Shown: positions 1 to 10,718, numbered from the stretch's first letter. The stretch: 64,000 bases of DNA from Corynebacterium sp. (GCA_030527885.1 JAUMZY010000008.1:620-64619); one strand, 5' to 3'. Notes: a model not told the origin generated them from the sequence alone. Numbers and translations: made by a program.

Positions 1-2851
1 GCTCAACCACCTTCAACGACTGCAATGGCGAATTAGTGCGATTGAAATTCAAATCCTGATACTCCATACCCGGACGCAAATAACCACCCAAAACATTCAC
101 CGCCATACTCAACATGCCCAACACCGCCAAATACACACCAGCATCAAAAATCATCGACGTAGTCAGATGCTGACCAAGAAAATGCCCATGAATCGGGAAC
201 AAGAACGACCCCTTGAGCAACCCCAACACACCCGAGAAAACCGCAGTCAAAATACCACAACCAGTCAACACCACCGGCACATTTACCTTCACAATGCGCC
301 GATCATGCCCAAACGAGAAATACACCAACATCAGCGCACCACCCGCAACCAACGCAGCAATAAAACCACCACCAGGCGAATTATGGCCCCGCCAGAAAAT
401 CAGCGCACTCAAAACCCCCAAAGCCGGCAACATGATCCTCAACAACGTCTTCATCGGAATAGTATTCAACGAGGCATGCCCAATCGGCGCCGGATGCGTA
501 CCCTTAAGGAACGGATACCGAGGCATAGACGTCACCACCGCCGCCATCACAATGGCCGCCATGCCCAACACACTCAACTCGCCCATGGTATCGAAAGCAC
601 GGAACTCCACCAGAATAGTATTGACCACATTGTCACCCTCAGTGACCTTCGGGCCATTCTCCAAATACCACATAGCCAAAGCACTACGCTCATGCCGGCC
701 AACCAGCATATACGTCCCCAGGAACGTCACCACCCCAAAGCCAACAGCCACCACGATGGGCACAACCTTCGACTTCCGGTGATCCTCCGGATGGAAATTC
801 GCTGGCTGCTGCCGCACCACCAACATCATGATGACCACCGTGAGCGATTCCACCAAGAACTGCGTCAACGCAACATCCGGGGCCCCCAACATCAGAACCT
901 GCAACGTCACACCAACACCAGTGATACCCAAACATGCCACAGCCGTGAGCCGCTTAGGGCTACGCACAATAGCAAAAACAGAAATAACAATGATGGCCAG
1001 CGGCAACAAATCCGTGATGCGGTTCGTACCAGGAACCCGCGGATCAAGCGGCACACCATCAACACCACCCTGCACCAGGCCAGCAATGCCAACCACAGCA
1101 CCGAAGGCAATGAAGAGCCCAAACAACAGGGCCAAATGCCGCGCCGGGCTTAGCGTATCGGCCATTCGTCCGAAGGTTTTACCGATGGTGGAGAATCCCT
1201 GCAACAGGAGTTTCAGCAGGTGATTGCCGTCGAAGGGGAGGAGGTTCCGGTGCGTGAGTGCGTTCCAGATGCGCAGCCGGTACCGAACGCCGATGCCGCC
1301 GATGACCAGCACCAGGATTGATAGGAGTAATGGTGTGTTGACTCCGTGCCACAATGCCAGGTGGGTTTGGGGGTCAGTGTTGGTGATGGTGACGATGGTG
1401 TTGTTGATGGGTTCGTCAAGAACCATCATGGCAAATACCAGAGGAAGTGATATTAGCCCGGGTAGAGCGGCGGGGAACCACAGGATGAAGGGGGCTTCTT
1501 TGACTTTCGACATGTCCTGCTTGCCGTCAATGAAACCATCGGCCACGATGCGGGCAGAATATGTGAAGGTGAGGATGGCCCCGATGGTGGCGGCCCCCAG
1601 CAGCACGATGACGCTGGTTGTGCTCAACGGGGCTTGTTCGAAGGCCGCCAGCATGCTTTCTTTAGAAACGAAGCCGAATGTGGGGGGCACTGCGGACATG
1701 GCGGCGCAGGCGACGGTCGTAGAGATAAAGGTATAAGGCAATTGGCGCCACGAACTGCCCAGCCGGTTGATGTCCCGGGTGCCGGTTTGGTGATCTATGA
1801 CGCCCACCAGCATGAAGAGGGAAGATTTGAAGAGGGCGTGGGAAAGCGTGTGCACGAGTGCGGCAGCCAAGGCGACGGGTGTGCCAACACCAATGGTCGC
1901 CACAATCCACCCCAGATGGGACACCGTGGAATAGGCGGTGAGACGCTTCAAGTCGGTCTGGCCAATGGCAAAGAGCGCCGCCATGATGGCGGTGAACATG
2001 CCTACGATGATGAGGAGGTAATTCCACGCGGCCACGTCGTGAAACACGGTGGAGAACCGCAGCAGCACGTAAATACCGGCTTTGACGACGGCCGCAGCAT
2101 GCAGGAAGGCTGATACTGGGGTGATGGCGGCCATGGCTTCGGGCAGCCAGAAGTGGAAGGGGAATTGGGCAGCTTTGGTGAACGCACTGAGCGCCACCAG
2201 TACGGCTAAGGTGGCGGTGAGGCCGGGTTTTTCTCCCCAGAAACCAGCGTGCAGAATGCCGTTGATGTTGGTGGTGCCGGCCTGCGTGGCGGCGATGCAC
2301 AAGGCCACCAGCAGGGTGAGGCCACCGATGAAGGTCAGGATGAGGGTGCGTTGCGATCCGGCCTCGCCGCCGGCCCCGCCGGAGCGGGCAATCAGCATGA
2401 ACGAAGCCAAGGATACTAATTCCCAGGCGATGAACAGTAAGAAAACATCATCGGCGAAAACTAAGAGCAAAACTGCCGCCATGAAGGTGGTCATGAGGGT
2501 ATAGAAATTTGTTATCCCCACACCGTTTTTAGGCAAATATGCAGCCGAATAAATAAAAACAATTGCGCCGATGATTAACGCAAGCAGTGCAAAAAATGCT
2601 GCTAAACCATCCAGTCGCAGATCAAAACCAATGTTGCTACCAGTACCGAGGAGATCTGGCACCCAGGTATAGGTGGCTGTGATTGGGTCTTGCGTGACAA
2701 AGACTCTGGGCAGTTCCCGGGACAAGAGGATGGCGTCGGTGATGGCCAACATACCCAGCGGGTATCCTGCTCTAGACCCTATGAGCCGCACCAAAATAGG
2801 GGATAGGGCAATGGCAACTACCGCTACACCAAGTACAATTATTAAGGACAC
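1..2851 (-). CDS. mrpA: Na+/H+ antiporter Mrp/Mnh subunit A (MrpA-MrpB fusion), 3' end runs off the window
   Basis: Not in the ORF track because there is no stop in the window. GTG at 2851 follows a GGGGG RBS and is in the same frame as the codons at the window edge. Contains KAAQFPFHFWLPEAMAAITPVSAFLHAAAVVKAG, HQTGTRDI and a C-terminal HNSPGGGF MrpB motif; highly hydrophobic. Confidence 0.9.
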   Translation of the reverse strand, partial: MSLIIVLGVAVVAIALSPILVRLIGSRAGYPLGMLAITDAILLSRELPRVFVTQDPITATYTWVPDLLGTGSNIGFDLRLDGLAAFFALLALIIGAIVFIYSAAYLPKNGVGITNFYTLMTTFMAAVLLLVFADDVFLLFIAWELVSLASFMLIARSGGAGGEAGSQRTLILTFIGGLTLLVALCIAATQAGTTNINGILHAGFWGEKPGLTATLAVLVALSAFTKAAQFPFHFWLPEAMAAITPVSAFLHAAAVVKAGIYVLLRFSTVFHDVAAWNYLLIIVGMFTAIMAALFAIGQTDLKRLTAYSTVSHLGWIVATIGVGTPVALAAALVHTLSHALFKSSLFMLVGVIDHQTGTRDINRLGSSWRQLPYTFISTTVACAAMSAVPPTFGFVSKESMLAAFEQAPLSTTSVIVLLGAATIGAILTFTYSARIVADGFIDGKQDMSKVKEAPFILWFPAALPGLISLPLVFAMMVLDEPINNTIVTITNTDPQTHLALWHGVNTPLLLSILVLVIGGIGVRYRLRIWNALTHRNLLPFDGNHLLKLLLQGFSTIGKTFGRMADTLSPARHLALLFGLFIAFGAVVGIAGLVQGGVDGVPLDPRVPGTNRITDLLPLAIIVISVFAIVRSPKRLTAVACLGITGVGVTLQVLMLGAPDVALTQFLVESLTVVIMMLVVRQQPANFHPEDHRKSKVVPIVVAVGFGVVTFLGTYMLVGRHERSALAMWYLENGPKVTEGDNVVNTILVEFRAFDTMGELSVLGMAAIVMAAVVTSMPRYPFLKGTHPAPIGHASLNTIPMKTLLRIMLPALGVLSALIFWRGHNSPGGGFIAALVAGGALMLVYFSFGHDRRIVKVNVPVVLTGCGILTAVFSGVLGLLKGSFLFPIHGHFLGQHLTTSMIFDAGVYLAVLGMLSMAVNVLGGYLRPGMEYQDLNFNRTNSPLQSLKVVE

Positions 2852-3060
2852 AGATTTTCACCCCCAAGGCCTGTTTCCAGGTTGGGCAGCGCTACCGATT
2901 CGCAACAACTTACCTTAATAATATTTAAAGAAAACTGCCAGTGTTTCGGCGGCGCCTACTTTCATGTTTACCGAGGACATACAATAACATTTGCCAATCT
3001 TACCAGTCCGATGCGGTGTGCCTGGCAGGTTTTCGTTAAGGAAGCAGTTACATTGCAGGT

Positions 3061-4491
3061 ATGAAAACTCGGCCCAGTGTTGTTCGTCGTGCCACCGCCG
3101 CACTAATTGTGGCGATTCCCCTACTCGTTGGAGCTTCATATTCGTTGGCTTCCGGCAATGATCCCGCTGACACATGGTCAAGCGGCGCGGAACGTGCCGG
3201 CGCGCCCGCCACCATTGATGATGCCCTGCTTGTCGACGCCCGACGTGCCACCGGCGAAGCCAGCTCCCAAGCCGGCCTGCTTACCGGTGGTACTAAACAA
3301 CTTGCGGAAGGCACCGGCAAAATCGCCGACCGCACAGACAAAGTCCAAGATGCCATCACGAAAGGCAAAGACGGATCACAGAAACTTGCCGACGGCATGA
3401 CGGAGATTCAAGCGGCCACCGGGCAAATGGGACAAGGCGCCACCAAAGTCGCCGACGGGGTGGAAGGCGCGGTGAACCAAGTGGTGGGCTTCGAAGCAGT
3501 ACGCGGCCAAATTGTGGTAGCCATTGATAACTACCTGGAAAAGCTCAAAGACGCCCAAGACCCAGATTCAATAAAACTACGAGACGACCTGCAAGGATTG
3601 CGGCAACAAGCAATATCGTTCCCGTTGGACGAAAACACCAAAACCCAATTGGAGGAACTAAAAACCGGTTCCAGGCAGATTGCCAAGCAATTAAATGAGC
3701 CCGGCCAGCCGTACCACGACGGTATATACACCGCCACGAAGGGCGCCAAGGATCTCAATAACGGTTTTAACCAATTAGACACCGAACTCAATGCGGCCCT
3801 AAAGAGCGTGGATGACCTGAATAAAGGTTCCACCCAGATCGACTCCATGGCGAAAGACACCAAAACGAAGATAGGTGTGATTCAGCGGGCCTTACCTGTG
3901 TCCCAAGCAGGCACTGCGGAAGCACAAGCCCAAGGCGTGACGAAAACCCTCGCACCAATGTATGCGTTTTTGATCGCCACCGGCGTACTGTTGGGCGCCA
4001 CGATGCGCGGCCGCATCGTGGGGAAGAAACATATACTTTTGGCCGCCCTTGCGGTGGCCGGATTATCAGCACTAGCAACCATTTTGAGCGCCGTGCTGGG
4101 GGCCGGATTGGCAGCAAACTCCCTGGCTGGCATCGCCTTGGTGGCCGCTCTGCTGGGAATAGCATCCTTGTTGGGTGGCGCGTTGTTGGTGCGACTTTTT
4201 GGCAATTTCTGGGGGCAAGTGGTATCCATTGGGGGTGCACTGATTCAGGTGGGCATCGTGGGATGGGCTTGGAATATGGCTGCCACCACCACGGTGACTA
4301 AAGGGTGGTTGGCTGCGGCCAGCCTGATGCCTCTACACTATCCCACCTCAGCAGTGGCTGCTTTGGGAAATTCTGGTGCAGCAAGCCGACTAGGAATTTC
4401 CATCGGTGTGCTGGTGGCGTTGTGTGTTTCTGGTTTTGTGGGCCTGAAACTGCTGCAACCAGCAGCAGTGGCGCCGACGTCGAAAAGCTAG
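3061..4491 (+). CDS. YhgE/Pip-like membrane protein with X-X-X-L-X-X-G heptad coiled coil
   Basis: N-terminal TM segment, heptad repeats (QLAEGT, KLADGM, KVADGV, DLNKGS) and about 6 C-terminal TM helices. Confidence 0.7.
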   Translation: MKTRPSVVRRATAALIVAIPLLVGASYSLASGNDPADTWSSGAERAGAPATIDDALLVDARRATGEASSQAGLLTGGTKQLAEGTGKIADRTDKVQDAITKGKDGSQKLADGMTEIQAATGQMGQGATKVADGVEGAVNQVVGFEAVRGQIVVAIDNYLEKLKDAQDPDSIKLRDDLQGLRQQAISFPLDENTKTQLEELKTGSRQIAKQLNEPGQPYHDGIYTATKGAKDLNNGFNQLDTELNAALKSVDDLNKGSTQIDSMAKDTKTKIGVIQRALPVSQAGTAEAQAQGVTKTLAPMYAFLIATGVLLGATMRGRIVGKKHILLAALAVAGLSALATILSAVLGAGLAANSLAGIALVAALLGIASLLGGALLVRLFGNFWGQVVSIGGALIQVGIVGWAWNMAATTTVTKGWLAAASLMPLHYPTSAVAALGNSGAASRLGISIGVLVALCVSGFVGLKLLQPAAVAPTSKS

Positions 4492-6476
4492 CTTGTGGGA
4501 GTTTTGGCGGCAATGCGGGTTTGCAGCCACCGGTATACCCCGATGCAGAAGGCGACAAAAACCAGCATGCCGAGCCAATTTGCCCACGAACCAATATCAA
4601 CGATGGCTAACGGTTCATGCTTGCCGCTGGCCGCAATAATCGCAGCGTAGAGCACACCCAAAAGGGATTCGCCCACGATCAAGCCGGTGGCGAGTAGAGT
4701 ACCCATGCGGCGTAGTGACTCCGAATTTTCATGTTTATCAGCCCACTTGTTGTACAACACTCCTAAGATGGCGCCGGCGGGAATGATCAGGGTCAACGAA
4801 ATGGGCAGATACATGCCCATGCCCACCGCCAACGGTGCCAAGAACAACTTGTCGTTGGTGAATTGGCGCAACAGTACATCAACGATCAGCACGCCCACAC
4901 CAATGAGCGCCCCGAGGCCGAAGAGATTCCAATTCAACGAATCCCCAAAAATCCCCTTGGATACTGACGACATCAGTGCTGCTTGGGGTGCGGGTAGGGC
5001 GTTGGGGCCGGCGCCTTCCATGCCTTCGAAACCAAAGCCTTTGAGCATGATCTCCAACACTGGGGGAATGACAAGCGAGCCGAAAAGTACACCAATGACC
5101 AGCGCCACCTGCTGCCGCCATGGGGTGGCATCCACCAGCTGGCCGGTCTTCAAATCCTGCAAATTATCGTTGGCAATTGTGGCGATACCGAAGACCACCG
5201 TTGCGGTAAACAGCGTGTATGCCACGAGCGCGGTCGCATTGGTTTCGTGCTCATTGCCCGTGACCACCTTGATGAGCAAGGCGGCAGAAAGCACCACGAT
5301 GATGCCGACGCCGGAAATCGGAGAGTTCGAAGCACCGATGAGACCCGCCATGTAACCACACACCGCAGCCACAACCAGGCCGGTGACCAGCATAAACAAG
5401 ATGCTCAGCAGGATTAACGTGGTGGTATGGTGCGCAATGGCCGAATCTTGAACAAACAGGTACAAAATCACCCCGATGGGCAGCATGCTGGCCAAAATCA
5501 CGATAAATACCACGTTAAACGGCACATCGCGTTCGGTAAGCGGCACTGTTTCCCCGAATTTGCGTGCTTTTGACGAAGCCAATGATTCTTTAATGCCCTT
5601 GGCGATGGGGCCGATGATTTTCAGCAGCGTCCACACCGCTGCCACCGTCATGGCGCCGGCACCCACGAACTTTACTTCCCCATCAAAGGTGGTTTTCACG
5701 ATCTCTGCGATGTTCCCACCAGCACTAATAGGGGCGGTGGTGAAAATGGGTAGCAAGATGAAGAACGAAATGGACAAGCCAACGATCATGGCGATGCCCA
5801 CGCCCAAACCAACCAAATGCCCCACACCGATCAATGCCAGTGACAACGACGTGCCCATCATGGTGCCGCCGCCAAAGAACTTGAAGGACACCTTGACGCT
5901 TTCGGCAACAAATTTCAAATGTGCCAACACCTGATAACCAGCGGAAACCAACCCGCTGATAATGATCACGTGCAACCCAACTTTGTTTTCCTCTTGGGCA
6001 TCGGCGTCGGCATGATCATCGCCGACTTTCAACACTTCAGCGGCTGCCACGCCTTCGGGATACGGCAGATCAGAGCCGGTAATCAACGCGCGCCGCAGCG
6101 GAATGGAATACATCACGCCCAAAGTGCCACCAAGCGCGCACATTAATGTGGTGGTCCAATAGGGGAAACCCGACCAAAACCCAATCATGACGAGGCCCGG
6201 AAGCACGAAAATGATGGCTGATAAGGTCCCCGCCGCGGACGCAATGGTCTGGACAATATTGTTCTCTTGGATGGAGTGATCCCGAAATTTACGCAAAACC
6301 GCCATGGAAATCACAGCGGCTGGGATGGAAGTGGCAAAGGTCAGGCCAACTTTCAAACCCAAATACACATTTGCTGCGGTAAAAATTAACGTGATCAACC
6401 CGCCGAGAATCACACCCCGGATGGTTAATTCCTTGATATTACTTTTTGGTGCTGCTGGCTCAGTAACCGTACTCAT
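4488..6476 (-). CDS. OPT family oligopeptide transporter
   Basis: NVYLGLKVG, ENNIVQTIASA, LPYPEG, NDNLQDLKTG and LPAPQA motifs. Start taken at MSTVTE after GGGAG. Confidence 0.92.
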   Translation of the reverse strand: MSTVTEPAAPKSNIKELTIRGVILGGLITLIFTAANVYLGLKVGLTFATSIPAAVISMAVLRKFRDHSIQENNIVQTIASAAGTLSAIIFVLPGLVMIGFWSGFPYWTTTLMCALGGTLGVMYSIPLRRALITGSDLPYPEGVAAAEVLKVGDDHADADAQEENKVGLHVIIISGLVSAGYQVLAHLKFVAESVKVSFKFFGGGTMMGTSLSLALIGVGHLVGLGVGIAMIVGLSISFFILLPIFTTAPISAGGNIAEIVKTTFDGEVKFVGAGAMTVAAVWTLLKIIGPIAKGIKESLASSKARKFGETVPLTERDVPFNVVFIVILASMLPIGVILYLFVQDSAIAHHTTTLILLSILFMLVTGLVVAAVCGYMAGLIGASNSPISGVGIIVVLSAALLIKVVTGNEHETNATALVAYTLFTATVVFGIATIANDNLQDLKTGQLVDATPWRQQVALVIGVLFGSLVIPPVLEIMLKGFGFEGMEGAGPNALPAPQAALMSSVSKGIFGDSLNWNLFGLGALIGVGVLIVDVLLRQFTNDKLFLAPLAVGMGMYLPISLTLIIPAGAILGVLYNKWADKHENSESLRRMGTLLATGLIVGESLLGVLYAAIIAASGKHEPLAIVDIGSWANWLGMLVFVAFCIGVYRWLQTRIAAKTPTS

Positions 6477-6557
6477 GCCAGGCTCCCTTCGGTTCTTTTG
6501 CAAAAGAGGCATATGCAATGAGCCTAAGCTGATGTGATCTACGTTGTCTATATGTAG

Positions 6558-6587
6558 AAATGTGATAAAGTTAATAAAATCACATTT
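6558..6587. promoter_or_regulatory. Inverted repeat AAATGTGAT-N12-ATCACATTT upstream of the OPT gene (candidate operator)
   Basis: Perfect 9-bp arms in an AT-rich promoter region. The spacer is too long for a canonical GlxR site. Confidence 0.4.
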
Positions 6588-6632
6588 TTGCTTTTCGACG
6601 CCCTAAAGTACACAAACGGGGGTGAAAAAATT

Positions 6633-8156
6633 TTATGACCGATCCGCCAAAGTAGGCCTAATAGGTCGAGCAATCTGCGTCATCATATGACGCCCCCGCA
6701 ATTCCACCGATTTCATCAAAGTCCACCTGGCCTGTTCCGCTTCGTTGGCTTTCGCCAATGTTCCAGCATTAGTGATCACCCGACCAGGGGTGCCCTTGGC
6801 AATCTCAGTGAGCCGCGCAGCAGTATTCACAGCATCCCCAATCACCGTGTATTCAAAGCGATCATGCCCCCCAATATGGCCCGCAACCACATGCCCCGCA
6901 GCCACACCAATCCCAGCCTGCAGCCGCATATCCTGCAACTCGTGACGCAACTCCCGCGCCGCTTTGAGCGCGTGCCCGGTGGCGTCGGAAAGCGTAATCG
7001 GTGCCCCAAAAACCGCCAACGCGGCATCCCCCTGGAACTTATTGATAATCCCCTTATTCCGATGCACCACATCAACCACATGCTCGAAAAACTTATTGAG
7101 CTCCTCCACGACCTCTTCAGGCTCATGATTCACCGCAAACGTCGTCGAACCAATAACATCGACAAACACCACGGCTACTTCCCGATCTTCTCCGCCTAAC
7201 TCCGGGCGCTCCTCCAATGCCCGGCGCGCCACCTCAGTGCCCACATAACGGCCAAAAATATCCCGCACCCGCTGGCGCTCCTGCAGACCACGCATCATCT
7301 CATTAAACCCAGCTTGCAGCACGCCTAACTCCGAGCCGTCATAAATATCAACCGCCACATCGGTTTCCCCGCGGCGCACCCGGTAAATTGCACGCTGCAA
7401 TTCCATGATGGGATCTACTACGCTCATGACCACCAAGGTGGTGCCAATGAACCCAGAGATCAGCGCGGTTATGCATAAAGTGATGATCGCAGGAGTGAGA
7501 TCCGTCAACGTGGTATCAAAAAACTCGGTGTGATAGGCCAACAAGATCAATATGATGCCCAAAACGGGGACCGCTGACGTTAACGCCCATGTGGATCGCA
7601 ACCGGTGCGTAATCGGTGGCTCCAGGGTGGAATCCTCAAACCGCCGCGCCAACGCCACGGCTGCCACCGGGCGCACCAATCGTTCTGCCGCCAGGTAAGT
7701 CACCATGGCGGCCATGACAGAAACCAACGCGGCTGTAACAAAAATGGTAATCGCTATGGTGCTGGAAACCTGCGCTGCCGACACAGTGACAATAATAATT
7801 CCCAATCCCCACACCAAGGATGTGAGGACCGTTTGGTAAAACGGGATCCGCATCACCAGATTTCGCACCATGTTGGGATCATGCCGATCCGGGTGACGCT
7901 GCCAATCCAATACTGGTCTGAATAAGACAAATGTGGCAACTGCCCCCACCAACACCGCGATCGCTATATAGCCCAAGCCAATCAACAGCACAATGCTGGA
8001 GTTGCCGAAGGCATCAATGGTTGGCAACGGCAAGAGGTATTTTAAAAAGACAATGACGCCCACCGCAGCCATGAGGTTAAGGCCAAGAACCGTTGTTGCA
8101 TACAACGGCCACGAAGTCCCCGCCAACCATTGAATAGCGCGCCACAGTCTTTGCAT
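6633..8156 (-). CDS. cyaB: Class III adenylate cyclase with TM helices and HAMP domain
   Basis: FVDVIGST, KFQGDA and EYTVIGDAVNTAARL motifs; divergent from holB as in other Corynebacteriales. Confidence 0.9.
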   Translation of the reverse strand: MQRLWRAIQWLAGTSWPLYATTVLGLNLMAAVGVIVFLKYLLPLPTIDAFGNSSIVLLIGLGYIAIAVLVGAVATFVLFRPVLDWQRHPDRHDPNMVRNLVMRIPFYQTVLTSLVWGLGIIIVTVSAAQVSSTIAITIFVTAALVSVMAAMVTYLAAERLVRPVAAVALARRFEDSTLEPPITHRLRSTWALTSAVPVLGIILILLAYHTEFFDTTLTDLTPAIITLCITALISGFIGTTLVVMSVVDPIMELQRAIYRVRRGETDVAVDIYDGSELGVLQAGFNEMMRGLQERQRVRDIFGRYVGTEVARRALEERPELGGEDREVAVVFVDVIGSTTFAVNHEPEEVVEELNKFFEHVVDVVHRNKGIINKFQGDAALAVFGAPITLSDATGHALKAARELRHELQDMRLQAGIGVAAGHVVAGHIGGHDRFEYTVIGDAVNTAARLTEIAKGTPGRVITNAGTLAKANEAEQARWTLMKSVELRGRHMMTQIARPIRPTLADRS

Positions 8157-8228
8157 GCTCACTACTTTAACCGTAAAGACACACATTCGTGGTAGCCTTC
8201 CACCTCAAATACCTAATATTCTTGAGGC

Positions 8229-9425
8229 GTGGACAACGATATTTTTGCCCAAATGGGTGTAGCGACTGCAATTGCTACCACCCTGCGCACAGCCGCCGCT
8301 GCGGCCCGCCATGGTGGTAACGCCAGCGCCATGACCCACGCCTGGCTGTTTACCGGCCCGCCAGGCTCCGGACGATCTATCGCCGCTGTTGCATTCGCTG
8401 CCGCACTGGAATGCAGCCACCCCACCATCATTGGGTGCGGAGAATGCGAACAATGCCGCAAAGTAAAAGCCAACGCCCACACAGACGTTGTGCATATCAC
8501 ACCGCGGGAACTCACCATTGGGGTCGACACCATGCGCACAGAAGTCGTCACTCCCGCAGCCATGCTGCCCACGGTGGGAAAATGGCGCATCGTGATTTTG
8601 GACAACGCAGACCGATTAACTGATGCGGCAGCCAACACGCTGCTCAAGACTGTGGAAGAACCCCCAGCTCACACGGTTATTATGTTGTGTGCTCCCTCCA
8701 CAGACCCGCAGGATGTGATTCCGACACTGCTCTCACGATCCCGACATGTGTACGTGCCGCAACCATCCATCACCGATATCGTTGCCATCCTCATGCAATC
8801 AGGGGATGTGACAGAACATGATGCGCGATTAGCCGCGGCGGCATCAGGCAACCACGTGGGGCGTGCCCGCCACCTGGTGCATAACCGGGATTCGCAAATC
8901 CGGCGGGCAAATATCCTCAACCTAGCGGAACTAATCTTCCACGGGTCGCAAGCCTTCCAAGCCGTCACCAGCCTGGTGAAAAACGCCACAGAAGAAGCCC
9001 GCAGTTCCATGGTGGAAACGAATGAACAAGAGATAGAAAAACTTCGCATCGCCCTCGGCATGGGGGCAAAAGGCAGAGGGGCGCAGAAAGCCCTGCAAGG
9101 ATCATCTGCCCAGATCAAAGAACTGGAGAAACTACAAAAAAAGCGCGAAACCCGGGCCATTCGAGATGCCCTTGATATGCAGCTGGTGGACTTGATCGGG
9201 CTATACCGGGATGCACTCATGGTGAGCACCCAGGCGAATGTGGCACCGATTCACCCCGATATGCATGGGTTAGCGACGGAACTCGCGCGGATAGGGGAAA
9301 CCGGGCTACTTGAGTGCATTGAAGCAATTGGATTATGCCGCATGGACATCACGCATAACGTTCGGCCGGAAGCAGCGATGGACGCGATGGTGGGGCGAAT
9401 TCGCAAGGCCTGCAAGGTGCGCTGA
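8229..9425 (+). CDS. holB: DNA polymerase III subunit delta'
   Basis: HAWLFTGPPGSGRS, zinc cysteines GCGECEQC, AANTLLKTVEEPP and PTLLSR. Confidence 0.93.
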   Translation: MDNDIFAQMGVATAIATTLRTAAAAARHGGNASAMTHAWLFTGPPGSGRSIAAVAFAAALECSHPTIIGCGECEQCRKVKANAHTDVVHITPRELTIGVDTMRTEVVTPAAMLPTVGKWRIVILDNADRLTDAAANTLLKTVEEPPAHTVIMLCAPSTDPQDVIPTLLSRSRHVYVPQPSITDIVAILMQSGDVTEHDARLAAAASGNHVGRARHLVHNRDSQIRRANILNLAELIFHGSQAFQAVTSLVKNATEEARSSMVETNEQEIEKLRIALGMGAKGRGAQKALQGSSAQIKELEKLQKKRETRAIRDALDMQLVDLIGLYRDALMVSTQANVAPIHPDMHGLATELARIGETGLLECIEAIGLCRMDITHNVRPEAAMDAMVGRIRKACKVR

Positions 9426-9537
9426 AAACTGGTTTTATAAATTGGCATGCATTAAGGTAAAATCACCGCTTGGATCACCGTTAGGTGTTTTCGCTCATCC
9501 ACAACTGTGGATGAGCGGGATTATCCTTGTGATTCGT

Positions 9538-9610
9538 GCCGCCTTAGCTCAGTCGGTAGAGCGCTTCACTCGTAATGAAAAGGTCGCGAGTTCGATTCTC
9601 GCAGGCGGCT
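9538..9610 (+). tRNA. tRNA-Thr (anticodon CGT)
   Basis: GCCGCCT/AGGCGGC acceptor stem, D-arm GCTCAGTCGGTAGAGC, anticodon loop CTCGTAA, T-loop TTCGATT. Followed by CCG, so CCA is not fully encoded. Confidence 0.97.
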
Positions 9611-9617
9611 CCGGGTG

Positions 9618-9652
9618 AAACCCCAGTTCATGTGGTGATGAACTGGGGTTTT
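9618..9652. terminator. Bidirectional intrinsic terminator between tRNA-Thr and the VOC gene
   Basis: AAACCCCAGTTCA-N8-TGAACTGGGGTTTT. Confidence 0.85.
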
Positions 9653-9754
9653 GGGGTTTTTGCTGTTTGTAGGAGTTGGGGGTGTGGCGTGTAGGGGATG
9701 TGGTGGTGTGGTGGGGGTGGTTTGATGTGGGCGGGGTGCCGGGTTGCTGGGAGA

Positions 9755-10270
9755 TTATTGGTTGCTGTGTGGTGCTCCGAGTGCGCGCATGGTGTCCATC
9801 CAGGTTGTGTAGACAAGACTGGGTTCTTCAGAATGCCAGTCGGTGCTGCTGGTTCGATCGGCTTGATCAGCTGGCTTTTCGACGGCGGGGGAGTAGAGCC
9901 ACCACAGGTTGTGCCAGGGATCAAGGATTTGCGCGAGGTCATACCCACCATAGAACGGGGATGTGGGTGTGACGACGGTTGCGCCTTGTGCGGTTGCGCG
10001 GTTGATGATGGTGGCTATGTCAGAGACATAAACCTGCAATAATGCGGGGGTTGGGTGCCAGTCCGGTTTGCGGTCGAAGAGCATGATGGTTGAGTTTCCG
10101 ATCATGACTTCGGTGTGGATGAGGGATCCGTCCCGGTCTGGGGTTCGGACTTGTTCTAGTTCTTTGCCGTCAAAGACTTGGATGACAAAATCAATGAAGG
10201 CTTTGCCGTTTGGGACGGCTACGAACGGGTTGATAGTGTTGTGTCCTGATGGAATTGGAACAGAAGTCAT
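9755..10270 (-). CDS. VOC/glyoxalase (PhnB-like) family protein
   Basis: IPSGHNTINPF, IHTEVMIGNSTIML, and DPWHNLWWL, which resembles the DPFGNxWW motif. Confidence 0.85.
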   Translation of the reverse strand: MTSVPIPSGHNTINPFVAVPNGKAFIDFVIQVFDGKELEQVRTPDRDGSLIHTEVMIGNSTIMLFDRKPDWHPTPALLQVYVSDIATIINRATAQGATVVTPTSPFYGGYDLAQILDPWHNLWWLYSPAVEKPADQADRTSSTDWHSEEPSLVYTTWMDTMRALGAPHSNQ

Positions 10271-10283
10271 ATATACATAAAAT

Positions 10284-10718
10284 ATGAGTAATACTGAGGG
10301 TGTCAAATACCGACGTCACGCTAACTTCCTGCTGGCAACACTCGGCAGGCGCGTAGAACATGCCTGGCATAGCTACTTAACAAGCCAAAACGTAACAACA
10401 GCGCAGTTCACAATAATGGTCGTGCTGGTTGACACGGAACTCACCCAACGAGAACTAGCCGATGCAGTGGAAGTGGATCCCCGCAACGTAAGCGCCACCG
10501 TGAAAGTTCTCCTAGACAAAGGTTGGATTGAGAGCCGACCCAGCCCAACCGATCGCCGGGCCCGCTTCCTATCCGCAACACCCCGCGGCCTGCAATGGTG
10601 GGAAACAATCCAAGAACAACTTTCCGAACAGCGCAAAGAATTCTTCGCAGCCCTTGACGAAGAAGAACTTCGCAACCTAGAAGGATTACTGCTGCGGCTA
10701 GAGGGGCGTGAAAACTAA
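10284..10718 (+). CDS. MarR family transcriptional regulator
   Basis: LTQRELA helix-turn-helix, L..KGWIE, PSPTDRR and T..G wing motifs. Confidence 0.9.
   Translation: MSNTEGVKYRRHANFLLATLGRRVEHAWHSYLTSQNVTTAQFTIMVVLVDTELTQRELADAVEVDPRNVSATVKVLLDKGWIESRPSPTDRRARFLSATPRGLQWWETIQEQLSEQRKEFFAALDEEELRNLEGLLLRLEGREN

Noticed and set aside
167-2504. Long + strand ORFs (167-1153, 213-782, 1224-1736 and others) and the - strand ORF 1662-2300
   Set aside because: They are antisense or off-frame shadows of mrpA caused by skewed codon use, with no recognisable motifs.
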